Positions 47,093 through 62,263 of a stretch of DNA of 64,000 nt are shown piece after piece. Position numbers and translations under genes: made by a program. This DNA comes from Dictyostelium discoideum (taxonomy: Eukaryota): contig CM000152.2 of NCBI GenBank assembly GCA_000004695.1, positions 2,080,001 to 2,144,000 on the forward strand, given 5' to 3'. The stretch's first letter is position 1. The number at the start of each line of letters is the position of its first letter. The notes under the pieces were generated by a model. That model did not search any database and had not been told where the DNA came from. It was given only the letters and a program-made list of their open reading frames with translations.

Positions 47093-50000
47093 TTAAAGTG
47101 TATTTTTTTTTGAAAAACCTCTTTTAAAAAATTTATAATAAATTAATCTTGAAGTTGTACTATGTCTATATAAAACGATACCAAGTAAAATTACTAAAAT
47201 AACAAAAAGGAAAGCACCACCAATTATAATACCAACTAATTGTGGAGTTGTTAAACCTTTTTTATTTGAAGAACAAATTGAATTTGGATCATCACTATTT
47301 GTTGATCTTGAATCAACTAAAACACTAAAATTTGGATCTAAACTAATTTCTCTTTTATAATTTGGAATTTCCATTGCAATAAATGATTTTGAATTACTAG
47401 AATTATTACTATCATACATATTAATTGGTATTTGAGTTATTGTTGAAATTAAACCATCAATAATTGAACGTTTTAAAAATCTACCTAATAAAATGATATT
47501 ATCAATTTTAACTTGAATAAAACTTGAATCACCATTATCACCAAATTGAGAAGATGAGCAAATATCATCAGTTTTACTAGTTTCAAGTGATGCTGAAATT
47601 AATAGTTGTAAAGTATTTAAATTTGATTTAAATTCATAATGATCCATATCAATACTATATTTAACAGTATTTGGTTCAATTGAAATATTTGAATTTGCAA
47701 ATGTTATAATTTTATATTCATGATATCTTACAATTTTTACAATAATATTAGTTTTCAAATTATTAACAGTATCACTAATAATTGAAGTATTAAATTGAAA
47801 ATGATCATTATCAGTTTTAATAAAACTCCAATTTGAGAAAATAAATTCTCTAACTAATTTACCATTGAAATCAATTTCTTTAAGTGAATAAACTACAATT
47901 AAACTTTTATATTCACCTTCATAATTGAAATTAACATTTGGTGCATTTGGATCAATTGTACCATTTGAACCAGAACTTGTTGATAAACAATCTAAACCTG
48001 TATTTGGTGCAATACAAAGACATGTAAAATCAGATTTACAAGTACCTCTCGATGGGCCACCACAACTTGGTATACCTGGACATTGTTTTGGTGTAGTAGT
48101 TGGTGTATTAGTTGGATTAGGAGTTATTGAACCATCGGCTGGAATAGTTAAAGGATAATAATCTGAAATTAAACCATCCGATGTTTGAATTGCAATTTCA
48201 ATTTTATTTTCAACACCAAAACTTTTAATTTGATCAGTTATAATTTGTCTATCAGAGAATGAAATAAAATTTTTAATTGTTACTGATGATGAACCACTTG
48301 TAATAAATTTAATAATTAAATTTGAAGTCAAATAACCCATTCTAAAACCATTAATTGTAATTAAACCATTATTATAATTTGCGTTTAGAATTTCTGGTTT
48401 CTCTTCGATCGTATTATTAATATAATAGGTTTTACCTAAAGATTTTAAACTATCAGTACTAAAACCAATTACATTTAAACAATTATCAGTTACACCAAAT
48501 ATTGAAAGTGTAATACCATCTGGATAACCAAAAGAGAATGGAATCATTGCATTCATTGAATAACTATAGGATCCATCATCATTTATTGATTTCATTGTTT
48601 GATTTGATGTAATAACTGATAAACTTGATGAAGCTAAATAAACAACTGGATCATGTCTTTGAGAGATACCATAGGAAAAAGAACTTGTTATAACATTAAA
48701 TGTTATACTTTTAAAAAGTCCATCATTGGTTTTTATTAATGGTGAAACAGTGAAATCAATAAGATTTGGTGGATTTGGTTGACAATTTTGTTTACCACCA
48801 ATTGTAGTTATTGATAATGCAGTTAAATTGACTTTCATAAATGGATTAACTTTTGTAACCGATGGATATTCACTAATATGACCTTGTTTATCTACTAACC
48901 AAGCATAGGCAATACGATAAGTTTGAGCTCTATCATTAGGTGTAATTGGAATATTTAAATGTTTAAGTGAATCTCCTTTTGAATTTAAAGTGAAATTCCA
49001 ACCCAATGGATCTAAATCACTAATAATAGTAATTATACCATAATCGAAACCATTAATTGAATCTATTATATAAAATGAAAATGTAATATTAATTGTTTCT
49101 GTTGTTGGAATTTGGACTGGACTTGCTAAATATGAATAATAATCAATAATTGGTGGCATAATATCAGAGGTTGAAGATTTAACTCTTAGTTCTGCACTTG
49201 AATTAAAAACTGAATATAAAAGTACATTATCAAATTGAATTGGTGAAATCATATATGATATTGGACCAGTGAAAACATTTGCAGGTATATTAATTGTAAA
49301 CTCTGAATAATTTGTAATTGGATTAAATTTACTAATAATTGCTTGATCAGTTTCATCACGGAAATAATCATTACCTTTTTGAGCTTGATAAACAATACGG
49401 AAATTTGTTGCCAATGCAAATGAATAATTTGGAATTACTGGTTCAGTTTTAAGATACATTATTACAGTTTTTGGGGAATTTGTAACATCTAAATCATTTT
49501 CACTGAAATAAATATCTTTAATAAAATCTAAACTACCAATTAATGGTGGAATATATGGTACACTTGTAATAATATCCAAATTACTATTATAAACATCATA
49601 TTGTCGAAATAATTTTGAATTACCAACTCTATCAATTAATGTGAGTTTAACAGCAGCAAATGCAACACCAATCACTGCTTTTGGAATTGTAATTCTATAA
49701 GTTCCATTATAAATTGTACCTTGAATTAAATCATTTGGAGAAAATTGATAAATACATGCAACTGAACATAAATTTACAGATATTGAACCAACACCACTAT
49801 CTTTATCACCAACACTAACAACAATTGAAAAAGATGATCCTTTTTCTTCATAACCATAATAATATAAAATTGGTGTTTGATTATCAGTGAAACCACTATC
49901 TGTTGGTGTAAAAACTTTATCAAAATAAATATCATTATTTGATAAACCAAAATAAACTGATAAACTAATTGATTGTTGGAGATATCTAAGAGTTGGCATT

Positions 50001-50272
50001 TCAAATTGATAATTAATTAAATTATTTGTAACATTAAAAACTCCAAATGGATAATTAATTGATTGTCTTATACTTGAAAATTGATCATTAATTAAAACAA
50101 TTGGTCCTAAATATGGTGAACTAAATAAATATGAAATACCTGAATAATTTATATCTTTAATAACTTTACCTCCAAAATTATTTGGTATCATTTCATTTTC
50201 TATTTTTTTTAATTATTTAAATTAAATTAATAAAAAAAATGAAAAAAAATAAAAAAAATAAAAAAATATTAA

Positions 50273-50341
<69 letters not shown>

Positions 50342-50775
50342 AATATAATTAATAATTAAATTTTTTTTCAAAAAAATATATATTTACTATAAAATGAAGT
50401 ATTAAATTCTTGAATAGTTGTTATTCTATCACCATAATATGTAAAAACATAATTAAAAGTTGAAATTGATGATGATGGTAAAACATTTAAATAGGTAACA
50501 GTATTTCCATTATTTAAAACTTTAAAATTTAATGTTAAAGCAGCGTTTGGTGAAATTTGTGTTGTTTGAAAAAGATATTTATTTGAATCATCTATTGAAT
50601 ATTCATATATATTATAACAGTGCCAATATTTCATATTTAAATTTTTATTACAATCAATTGGGTATGTATTATTTGAAATTGGTGTTGGTGGATTACTTTG
50701 TATTTCTATTTTATTTATTTTTAATTAAAAATAATAATAAATTAAATTAATATTAAATAATTATAAAATATGATA

Positions 50776-50858
<83 letters not shown>

Positions 50859-51232
50859 ATACTTGGATATAATTGATTTGGAAATTCAAAATAAGTAGTT
50901 TGATTAAAAATTGGAATTGTTGTAGTTGCTATGGTATTAGATACTTGTTTATCATTTAAAATAAGTGAAAAATACATATAATAATTATTTAAATATCTAA
51001 AATTACTTGATGAATTACTTGTAAGTATTCTGAAACCATAAGCAGTAATATTTTGTGGAAAAACTACCCTAACAGTTGGAAAAAGTTGATCAATACCATT
51101 TAATTTTGCTAAATATGTATAATATCCTGCAAAACCTTTATAAGGGTAACCATTTGCTAATGTTTTAACATAACCTATATTACTTGGTACAACTTTAATT
51201 TTAAATATTAATATATTGAAAATATCTCCATG

Positions 51233-51298
<66 letters not shown>

Positions 51299-51698
51299 AT
51301 AATAATAATTACTTACCTTTACAAATAACTGATACAGATATTGGATTTACAGTTACTTGAGGAACATTAAATGTTGGTTTAATTATAATTGTTGAATTAA
51401 ATCCAATTGAACATGAAATCTTTAATCTATATAATTCTGAAAAATTATTATCAACCCCTTGAGAATATGGTTCTTGTGTTGCTGAAAAACCATTTTCCCA
51501 TTCTGTGATTAAAATACTTGGATCACTTTTATCAACTCTAATTATATATTCATTGCTGCAAGAACTAGCTTCAGATATCATTCTATTATTTACAATATTA
51601 AATGTACTTGTATAATCTGTTAATTTTACATTTAATGAAAATGTTTCATTCACATTTAAAATAAATAAAATGAAAAAATAAATTATAAATTTATTCAT
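47093..51698 (-). CDS. Large secreted or type-I membrane glycoprotein (about 1390 aa): signal peptide, many NxS/T sites, a Cys-rich EGF-like module, a single C-terminal TM helix and a short basic tail; orphan and Dictyostelium-type, four exons
   Basis: Minus-strand exons are 51317..51698 (MNKFIIYFFILFILNVNETFS…VICK-G), 50863..51225 (DIFNILIFKIKVVPSNIGYVK…NQLYPS), 50388..50705 (…NMKYWHCYNIYEYSIDD…SFY) and 47093..50199 (NEMIPNNFGGKVIKD… CPGIPSCGGPSRGTCKSDFTCLCIAPNTGLDCLS … TM segment LVGIIIGGAFLFVILVILLGIVLY, RHSTTSRLIYYKFFKRGFSKKNTL, stop). The introns are 51226..51316, 50706..50862 and 50200..50387, and the phases (1/1/1) are consistent. Confidence 0.75.
50767..50857. repeat. Roughly 90-nt uninterrupted homopolymer (A on the plus strand, poly-U in the minus-strand transcript) that forms most of intron 2 of the membrane glycoprotein gene; a second A-run of about 60 nt at 51236..51296 fills intron 1
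   Basis: Long runs of 'a' are seen directly. They lie between exon boundaries that were derived independently (GTATGT donor, AATAG acceptor). Confidence 0.85.
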
Positions 51699-52449
51699 TT
51701 TATTTTATTTCTTATTATTTTATTTATTATTTTTATTAATTATTATTATATGTATATATATATATTTTTTTTTTTTTTATATGTATGGAAAAAAAAAAAA
51801 AAAAAAAAAAAATAGAATTACAATTTTATTTAAGTAACAAAGATAATAAATTAAAAAAATATAAAAAAAAAAGGAAGAAAATCAGAGAATTGTTAATTGA
51901 CGAAAAAAATAAATAAAAATATTGAAAATAAAAAAAAAAATAAAAAAAAAAAAAAAATAAAATGAAAAAAAAATAAGAAAATAAAAAAATAATTAAGATA
52001 TTTTTATAGTTTTTGATTTTTATTTTTTGTTTGTTGTTTTGGAAATTTAAAAAGACTTTTCGGATATTTTTTTTTTTCCCTTCCAAAAAAAATTAAAAAA
52101 AAATAAAATTAAATTATAAAAAATAAAAAAAAAAATTCTTTTTACCAAAAGTGATTTTGAAAATATCACAATTAAATCACATTTTTATTTTACAAGGTAG
52201 ATACCCCCTTATTATTTAAAAATTTCCATTAATTTGATTGATATTATTTAAAAATTTTAAAATAAAAAAAAAAAAAAACCTACCTATAGACACACTGAAA
52301 AAAAAAAAAAAATTTTTGTGATCTTATTAAATAATAAATAAATATTTTTTTTTTTTTTTTTTTTAATAATTTTCTGTATATATATATTTTAATTTTATTT
52401 TATTTTTAATTTTTTTTAATTTTTTTTTTTTTTTAATTTTTTTTAAATT

Positions 52450-55400
52450 TTATTTTTCAATATCACTATCAGGTGATAATTTCATTAAAACTCTTTTATG
52501 ATAATCAATTAAAGAATTTGCCATTGATGAATCACCAGATAATTCTAATTGTTTAATTAAATCATCCATTACAATGGATTCTTTAAAGATTTGAAGTGAA
52601 TGAACTAAAGTTCTTTCAGCAGCTAATTTTAGAGGTAAATTAGTTCTTTCTTTTAATCTATTCATAGTTGGTACGACAATATCACGTAAATATTGTCTTG
52701 ATAATTGTTGATTTGATTTACAGAAACGTTTAATAACATTGAGAGCACTAATTGATACGGAAGATGATTGATCACCAATGAGATGACAAATGGAAGGTAC
52801 TAAATCCTTTGCATAGGTTAAAGGCGAAGCAACTAAAATAGCTTCAGCCAAATAAGCAGAGGATTCACGAATTGGACCTTTTTCATCACGACAATCGGTT
52901 TGAATGATTTTAATGATGGTTGGCATATTTGGTGATTGAGAATCGATTAAATTCTTACCAGATGCTTTGAAAATTTCACCCAATGCCAATGATTTACCAT
53001 AACGAGAGAGTACTGATTGAGAAGGTGAGATGAGATTGGTTTTAATGAATTGATTCAATTCAGTGAGAGAAGTAAAACATTTTGAAGAGGCACCAATAGT
53101 TTGAGCGACCATTGATCTGAGATCATCGGAAGGTTGATAAAGGAAGTCCACAATGGTGGCGATTGCTTTATCGAGTGTAGCTTGTTCAACTTTTGGTTTC
53201 TTTTCAAAAATGGATTGAAGTGCTCTAAGTTTACTTTCTTGTGAAATACTATCGGCTGTACTAATACCAGTGATTAATGAATTTACCAATTGATCAACTG
53301 AAGAACTTAATGTCATTAAAAGACCCAAAGCAGAGGCTGCATTGGTTCTAACATTTTTATGAGAATCAGAGAGACATTTAATAAAGGTTGGTTGAAGTTG
53401 ATGAAGGAAAATCTTCATACTTGCTGGTGATTTACTAATGAGTAATGATAAAGTTTGAAGGATTGCAGATTTAACTTGCCATGGGAATTTATCACCAATT
53501 ACCAAAATCAATGGACCAGTGATTTGCATAACAAATGGTTTGAGAGCATCGGCACTAGTATGATTGATAACGGTTCTAAGGGTATTGGTAGCTTGTTCTC
53601 TTTGATCACTTGTACCATACATAAGACCAGAGATAAGAACTGGTAAAACTGAAGCCAAACCTTTTGGTAAACAAAAGCCTGGAATAGTTGAAACCTCTTC
53701 ATAGGTTTCATTAACCAACAATTGAATACCTTTTTGGAAGACTGGTAAATAGGTAAGATTATCTTTTTTCAAAGATTTAGTGATGAAACCCAAAGCATTA
53801 TTTGCTGCTTGTTGTACCAATGCATCTGGATCATTAAATAATGAAAGTAATGAAAGTAATAATTCCTCTGGATATTCAGTGACCATGGTATTACCATTAT
53901 AGAATTCACCAATGAGTTCACAAGCACCCAAACGAATATTTGGTAATCTAATTTCAGTTTGTTCAATTAACAATCCAATTAAAGTATCCCAACCTTGTTC
54001 ATCGATTGATTTACAAATTGAAACGGCGGCTTCTTTAATTTCTTTAGCATTTGAAATAGTATTTGGATTTGTGAAAGATTCAATAAGTGATGGAATAATA
54101 GTTGAAAGATGAACGTAAAGACCTTCACCAGCATCAGCGGCAAGTGATGATAAAGCAGTGACATTACTTGTTGAAATAGGTCTACTTAAAAGTTTTGGAA
54201 TAAGTACAGGCAATACAATACTACTTCTAACTAAAATAACTTGACGAAGACCATCCAAAGCATAACCAGCAAGATCCTTATTGTTGGAATTATCCAAGAG
54301 TTGAATAAGTTGTGGTAAAATTTCATTACTAGCTTTTGAACCAAAAGTATGATAGAGATGATCGAAAGCTTTAGCGGCTGCCTCTCTAACATCAATGAGT
54401 GGATCACATAATGCTTTGGTGATACAAGTTACAACACTTGAAAGGTATGGAAGTAATTGAGTCTTTGCAGAGGAAATAACTTCACTAAGACCAATACAAA
54501 CACCTTGTCTAGTTTCTTCGAGTTCTGATCTAAGACCACGTTCAAGAATTGGTAAAATCTCTGGTAAAATACGATCACTAAGTTTACTAACAATATCACC
54601 CAAAGTTTTAGCGGAAATTTGTCTCTTTTCAACATTATTTGAACCAATGGAACTAATAATCATTTCAATAAGAGTTGGTAAAATCTCACGAAGTGTCTTT
54701 GGTGTATTACTAACAATATATTTCCAAATTAATAATACCTTTTGACGAACTGATGAATTATTATCAAATCTCATCATATACAATGATGAAAGAATACGAC
54801 CTAATCTTTCTTTACCTAAAATCTTTTGAATATCATTACCACTTGAACCTGGTTCATCATCATCATCATCTTTAGCATTATAAGAACTATTATTTGATTG
54901 GACTTCTTGAGCGGTTGTACCTGCTAATTTGAATAATAAATCACCAAATAATTGAACACAAGATAAACGAATTCTCCAATTTTCATGGAATAATACTTTC
55001 TCTAAGGCTGGAACAATCACTTCAATACCTGTTACTGCAAATTGTAAAACAATCGATTGACCACATCTCATACAAACTTCACGAACTGGATCAGAATCAT
55101 CAGCTAAACCTTTCAAAACTTGTGGTAAAACTTTTGGAAGATATGGAAGGAAAAGATCACCCAAAGAAATTGGTGTAAAAATAAAGATTGATAAAATACC
55201 TTCTCTAACATGTGGACGTGGTGAATTGGTCATTGCTAACAATTCATTGATTAATGAATTGAATCTACTAATATCTAATGAAGCTAAAACCTCTGATAAA
55301 CCTTGAGCAGCACCACTTCTTTCGACAGCACCTTGATCAGATTTAACGGTTTCCAATAACCAAGGAATAAGAGTTGAGAAATTCTCTTCACCCATACCAC

Positions 55401-58400
55401 GAACTAATAAACCAAGTGCACGTGCACAAATGGCTCTAACCTCTGGAATTGGATCTAAAAGTACGGTTTTCATAACTGGCATTAAAATATTTAAATAAGG
55501 TACTAAATCTTTTGGTTCAGTTAATGAACAAAGATTACCAACGATTTGACAAGACATTTTCTTTAATTCACTACTTCTCTCTTTAAGAGTTCTCTCTAAA
55601 ATTGGAAGTAATAAAGAGAGTGAAGCTGGATCAATTGTATGAACGTAATTGGTTGATAAAAGATTCTCTAATAATTCTTTTGAATGAATTTCTGGATCAT
55701 CATAGGTTTGAAGTAATAATGGTACATGAATTTGAATTTCTGGATTTCTAATGACTGAACCAATATGAGAGAGAGCTTCTTTAGCTGCTTCTTGAACTTT
55801 GGTATGAGTATCATTGAGAACATAGGTAAGTTTTGGTACAATAGTTGGTAAACATGATGAGAGTTGTTTTGGTGCACAAAAAGCCATAGCACCCAATAAT
55901 TCAATTGAGCCTTCTTTGGTTCTCCATGAACGATCATCCAATGCTTTTAATAGTGCTGGTAAAACGATTTTAACACCATGACCACTAAGTTGTGACATGA
56001 TAGCTTTGGCAGTATCTGCTGTAGCATCACGAACCTCACTAACATTATCACCAAAACAAACTAAAAGTTTTGGAAGAATATGAATAATGTATGGTTCGAA
56101 AACACGACCAATTGTATTACAAAGACATTCGAAAGCAAATAAAGCACCTTGACGACTAGTTGGATGTTTTTTATCTTCGATATAGGATTGAAGAGTATCG
56201 AGAATTGAATAGTTTTTCAAAGAACCAATACCTAAACCCTTGACAGAACCTGCTAAACCAAATGCTGCACCACGTCTATCTGCATAATTACCACTACTAT
56301 TCTTTAATTTCTCTAATAACATTGGAATTAAACGATCACCTTGTTTCTTAAATGATGGAATCAATTGAGCGATACATTTTGAAATACCAACTTGAACACT
56401 CTCTGATGGAATTGATAAAGCATCCACTAGCTTATCAATTACAATTGAAACTTTTGGATTTGAAGCATCCATATGTTTTGCCAAAGCACCCATATAGACG
56501 ACGACATTTGCACGAATTGAATCCTCTTCACCTGTTCCATTATCTGGACGTGCCAAGAAAGCTTCAAAAGTTGCCAACAATTCACCAGAGAATTGAACAC
56601 CTTGTTGATTAATAATTGACATACCAGTTGATACAAACTCTTGAACAACCTCTTCCTTTGGATCGAATAAACCACGCTCAATGATTTTAGTGAATAATGA
56701 TTTCAATACCTCTGGTTCAACGATTGCATTACCTAAACCCGATAAAGCAGTGGCTACGGAAATTCTAAATTTACTAGTGATTGGAGTTTCTCTAATTTCA
56801 TCTGGATAATTTTGTTCATAAATCTCGAAAAGATTATCAACAATCTCTGGAATCATATGAGTATGACAAGTGGCAGCCTCTTTAATTGCCAATGCATTGA
56901 TTTTTCTAGTTTCAGAGTTTACATTAAAAGTTGAATCTGATAAAAGTTTCATGAAATCCTCTGGTAATTGAGTTGGTTGATTTGTAGCCAACCAAATCTT
57001 CTCTGCCAATGCAGAGGTATTTGCATCATGATTATCGAATCTTGCAAACCAAAGGCTACCAATATATTTATCTTCCCAAACGAATGATGGTGAATAAATG
57101 GAAGGAATTTTCTCAATTGCTTGTAAGCAAATCGAACGAACTTGAACATGTTTAGAGATAATACCCTCCATTAATTCACCAATATCACTAGTTTCAACAC
57201 CTTCAATCAATTGGAAAATTGTATTTCTAGCTTGAGCTTCTAAACGTGAATTGGTTGAAACCACAATAATCAAAGAAGAAATCATTGAACCTCTTGGATA
57301 GGCTTGACCTTGAGCGGTATGTTTTTGAATGATCTCCATTGAAATCTCTTGAATTGTAAAAGAGATTGTAGTCTCTAAACCATTCTTTATAATTGGCCAA
57401 AAGTAATTAAAAGCGAAACCACTCAAAGCCTCTTTTGCAATGGATTCTCTAATATGAGTTAAAATCTTTTGAATGAAACCTAAAATTTGAATCTCTGATA
57501 AAGTTGGACGATAATAAATATTATTGATAATGTAAATGTAATGACGTGCAAATGAACGATCCAATTTGAAACGTGATGGTACGCAACAAATTAACTTTTC
57601 AAATACTTGAGTGAATTGATGATTGGTAATTTCATGTTTCATCAATTGTAATAATGCCACTATAATTGGTGACATAAATTCACCAACAAATTGAGGATTT
57701 GAACTTGACTTGGCCATAGTTTGACAGGTATCCATTGCTAAATGTAAACGATCGATAACATCTTGAACATCTTTACGAATTACAGCTTGAGCAGCCAATT
57801 GTTTTTGTCTTTCTTTCTCTTGTTTCTCTAATTCACCAGATTGAATCTTTTTCTTTTCTTCAATTCTCTTTCTAGACTCTTCATCACGTTGTTCCTCGGC
57901 TGTCTTTGGCTTAACTTTACGATCATTTCTAGATTCAACGAGTTGTTCTTGTTTTTCAACAAATAATTCAGTTGGTAGCGTATGATAGATTGACCATTGT
58001 TGTTGAGTAATTGCTAAAACTGGTTCATAAGATAATGCTTTTACCATTAATTTAACCAATTCTTCATTCAACAATGGTACATTATAATTCATTAAACCAT
58101 TGATAGCTTGTTGGAATGCTTGTTGATAAGATTTATTTTTCTTTTGATTTAAACCTTTTTCAAAAATATATTTACTAATTTCAATAGCATTTGAACTTAA
58201 AGTTGTATTTACATCATTTTGAATCAATGATGAAACACGTTTCCAATTATAATTTATAAATGGATGATAACAAATTAATGATAACATTGGATATAATTCA
58301 CTTTTTATATTTTTTGATAAAATTGATCTAAATGCAATTAAATAATTCTTTTTATTTGAAATTGTAGTTGTTGTAGTGGTTGTTGATTCAACATTTGAAT

Positions 58401-59161
58401 TAATTATTTGTGGTGTTATAATTAAAGAATCATCAAATAAAATTGTAGAAAATTCAATTAATAATTGATTTGATAATAATGGATAATCAATATCAACAGA
58501 ATCATTTCTTGATAAAATAGATCTAATTTTAATTGCAGAATGTTTTGAAACTGACCATTGACTATGAAGTAAACAATTTAATACAGATGAATAAAGTGGT
58601 GATTTGTCATTTAATTTAATTGATGGAAAAGATTTAACTCTAAGGAATAATGTTAATAATAAATCGATTGCATGATCTTTTTTTGAGGTTCTTTGAATGA
58701 AACCATCAGTATGAAGGAATGATGTTGATGCATATAGATTTGAGATTGTAGTTTTATCAGTTGAATATTTGGTGAAAATATCATTCTTTGGTACACCAGT
58801 GGTTGTAATCAATGATAACATATAATGTAAGGATGCTGTTGTTGTTGATGGATCACAAGTTTTAGCATTCTTTACATTCTTTAAGATTGTATTAATAGTC
58901 TCTGTAAAACCATTAATAATTTGAATCACTTTTTTATTTGTACCATTTGCTTCGGGTCCTAATGATTTTGAAAGTGATAAAATAACTTGTCCCTTTATAA
59001 TATCATCATCATTCTTTAAACTATTTGTAATAATTTTTATAGTTTGTTCTGGTAATTCTTCAACCATTTTCATAACTTTACCTAATAATTTAAATCCTTT
59101 ATTTCTATTATCTTTATTTACTAAATTATATATTAAAAATAATTTAAAATAATTAATAAAT

Positions 59162-59212
<51 letters not shown>

Positions 59213-59937
59213 AAATAAAAAAAAACTACTTACATTCTTTTTCTAAATAAATTGAAATTGATTGAAGTATTTGTTTTGATAATTGTAATTTTTCAGTTGT
59301 TAAAGATAATCTTTCAATGAAATTTTTAGTTGAAATGATTGAAGAGATAATTGAAATTATGATTAATTTTTGTGATGGATTACCAGCTACTGATAAAGTT
59401 TTTAAGAGATCATCGGTAATCATTGATGAGATTAATTTTGTATCTTTTGATCTCTCAATGATTAAAGTAAAAGTTTTCTTTAAGAGTTTACGATTCTCTT
59501 CGATTGAAATGGTTGATTGAATCACTGGTAGCAACATTGGTAATAACATTGATTTCAAAAGTGATGATAAATCAATTACATTGAAATCACTTGAAAGATT
59601 CTCTAAAATGAATATCAAAATTTTGAAAACTTGATCTTGATCTCTCTTGATATGACGTGATAATGGTGGTAATATAATCGATTGTAAATCTTCATTTGTC
59701 AATTGATTAAATAACCTCTTAAAAAATTTATGTTCTTCAATCTTTTGTTGACTACTACCAATAACTGTCTTATTATAAATATTTAATAAATCATTAATTT
59801 TGAATGTATTATCTTGTTCTTTTTGTTTATTTGATTGATCTGTAAAATTTCTAAGTAAAAAATAAACAATAAAAAAACTTTTATTACTTGAATCTTTTGT
59901 AACAATATTTTGATAAAATGTTAAAATTTTATTTTTC

Positions 59938-59976
<39 letters not shown>

Positions 59977-60696
59977 AAATTACAAAAAAAAAAAAATTAA
60001 TATGTATGTTAAAATTTATTATTATTAATTATTATTATTTTTATATTTTATTTTATTTTTACTTACGTTTAAAATTTGATTAAAAATTGGTTGATTATTT
60101 TTCATATGTTGTAAAGTTAATTCACGATATAATAATTCTTGAGCAGCAAATAAGAGTGTAGTTAAATCGGAATTTGATTGAATTTGATCAATGAAATAGT
60201 TTAGTAAAACTAAAGAGAATGACATTAAAGTATTTTGTGGAACATATTTTGATCTTTTATTTGTTGGTAATAATTTCGCTAATCTACCAATCTCTCTAAG
60301 TGTAAATTTGACAATATTTATCTTTAATTCATCGGTCACAAGGCTAGTATTAGTTGCGCTTGAAATATCCTTAAATAATTGCTTTAAAGATTGAACTAAA
60401 CTGAAAATCCATTGTGAATCAGGTCCAATTGAATAACTTGTAAAGTATAAATAGATCAATACTTTTAATTTCTCTTCTAAATCAACTGTTGTTGTTGTTG
60501 TTGTCGTTGTTGCATCATTCTCTTGAGTTGATAATTCGTGTTTACCTATTGAGTTAATTCTTGTTAATGTATTTTTTCTTTCACTCAATTTATTTGATTG
60601 AATTGATTTCTCTAATTCTTTAATTTCACTATAGAAACTGTCTTGTTGTTGCTGATCATCTAAAATAATAGATGATGATGGGTTCTCTTCATTCAT
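52450..60696 (-). CDS. GCN1 (eIF2-alpha kinase GCN2 activator; HEAT-repeat translational activator), about 2667 aa, three exons
   Basis: Minus-strand exons are 60067..60696 (MNEENPSSSIILDDQQQQDSFYSEIKELEK…PIFNQILN), 59234..59936 (KNKILTFYQNIVTKDSS…LTNEDLQSIILPPLSRHIK…YLEKE-) and 52450..59120 (LNKDNRNKGFKLLGKVMKMVEELPEQTIK… 2207-aa ORF). The introns are 59937..60066 (GTAAGT…TTTTAATAG) and 59121..59233 (GTAAGT…AATTTAG). Total length is 8004 nt, in frame. HEAT repeats run throughout (…RRGAAFGLAGSVKGLGI…, LLPALLKALDD, the eEF3-like region). The size matches human GCN1 (2671 aa). Confidence 0.85.
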
Positions 60697-61799
60697 TTTT
60701 TCGTGTATTGTTAAGGTGGGATGTATATTAATATAATTATAATTTTTGGGGATGGGAAAGGGATGTTTAAAATTATTTAATTATTAACCAAATTTTTTTT
60801 TTTAAGTTGTTAAAATTTAACTTTGGCAACAAAAAAAAAATTGGTTGCTTTAAAAACAAAAAAAAAAGTTTTAAAAGTGTGGTGATTTGAAAAAATATTG
60901 TGAAAAAAAAAAAATTAAATGATTATGTGTTTCTTTTTTTTTTAATCTTTTTTTTTTTTTTTTTTTTTAGGGAATATGTGAGTTGAATGAGTTTGAAATA
61001 CTAAAATATTAAACACAAACAAACAATATAAACTATTTTTTTATTTTTTTTTTTTTTTTTTTAACAAAAAACAAACAATGCAATGTTGTTCTTTTGGTGA
61101 GTGATCAAAAAAAAAAAAAAAAAAAAAAAAAAGGAAAAAAGTGAAAAAAAAAAAAGGAAAAAAGTGAAAAAAAAAAAAATAAAATTTTTTTTTTTTTTTT
61201 GACTTCAAAAAATAAAAAAAAAAATAAAAAAAAATAAAAAAAAAATTGAAGTTTCGTAATTATATATTTGACAAAATAAAATAATTCCTTTATTTTTTAT
61301 TCACAATCAAGTATTTTTAAAATAATAATAAGTTATATATAAAAGTAATTTTTTATACTATTTTATTTACTTGGATCACATTTTTTTACCACTTTTCTTT
61401 TTTTTTTTTTTTATAGTTTAACGCAGCTTATATATTTTAGGTTTGATTATTTATTTTAAAATTATATTCTTTGTGAATCACCATATTGAAAAAACAAATT
61501 GAGAAAAAAAAAATAAAAAAAAAAAAAAAAATATTGATATTATATTAAAAAAAAAAAAAAATGAAATAAGAATAACAAAGCGATGATAAAAATTTTTTTT
61601 TAAAAAAAAAACAATGATAATACAAATATTTTTAGTTAAATAGATTAAGTAAATAAAAAAAATTTTAATTAAATTTAATTAAATTTTTGGAAAAAAAAAA
61701 AAAAAAAAATGAAAAAAAAATAAAAAAAAAAATAAAAATAAAAAAAAAAATGTTTAAAATTAATTTTCAAGAAAAAAAAAATAAAAATAAATCAGTTAT

Positions 61800-61837
<38 letters not shown>

Positions 61838-61926
61838 CATTTTTTATAATTTTTTTTAATAATTTTTTTTTTTTTTTTTATAATTTCTTCTAAAGATAAA
61901 GATAACAATAATATCAATATAAATAA

Positions 61927-62223
61927 TTGTTATCAACGATGATGTTCCAATCAAATCAATATGATGAATACAATAAAACGAATAAGAGTGATGAAGAAAA
62001 CGAAAGTAATGAAAATGAAAATGAAAATGAAAACGAAAATGAAAATAGAAGTGAAGACGGTGATCAAGATAGCGAAGATAGTTTCATCTATGAAGAAGAT
62101 GATGAAGAGGAAGAAGATACACCTAAATTAAGTTTTGGTGCAAAATTTTTGGTATGTGTCACTTTTTTTTTTTTTTTTTTTTTAAAACTTTTAATAATAA
62201 TAATAATAAAATTTACTAATATT

Positions 62224-62263
<40 letters not shown>

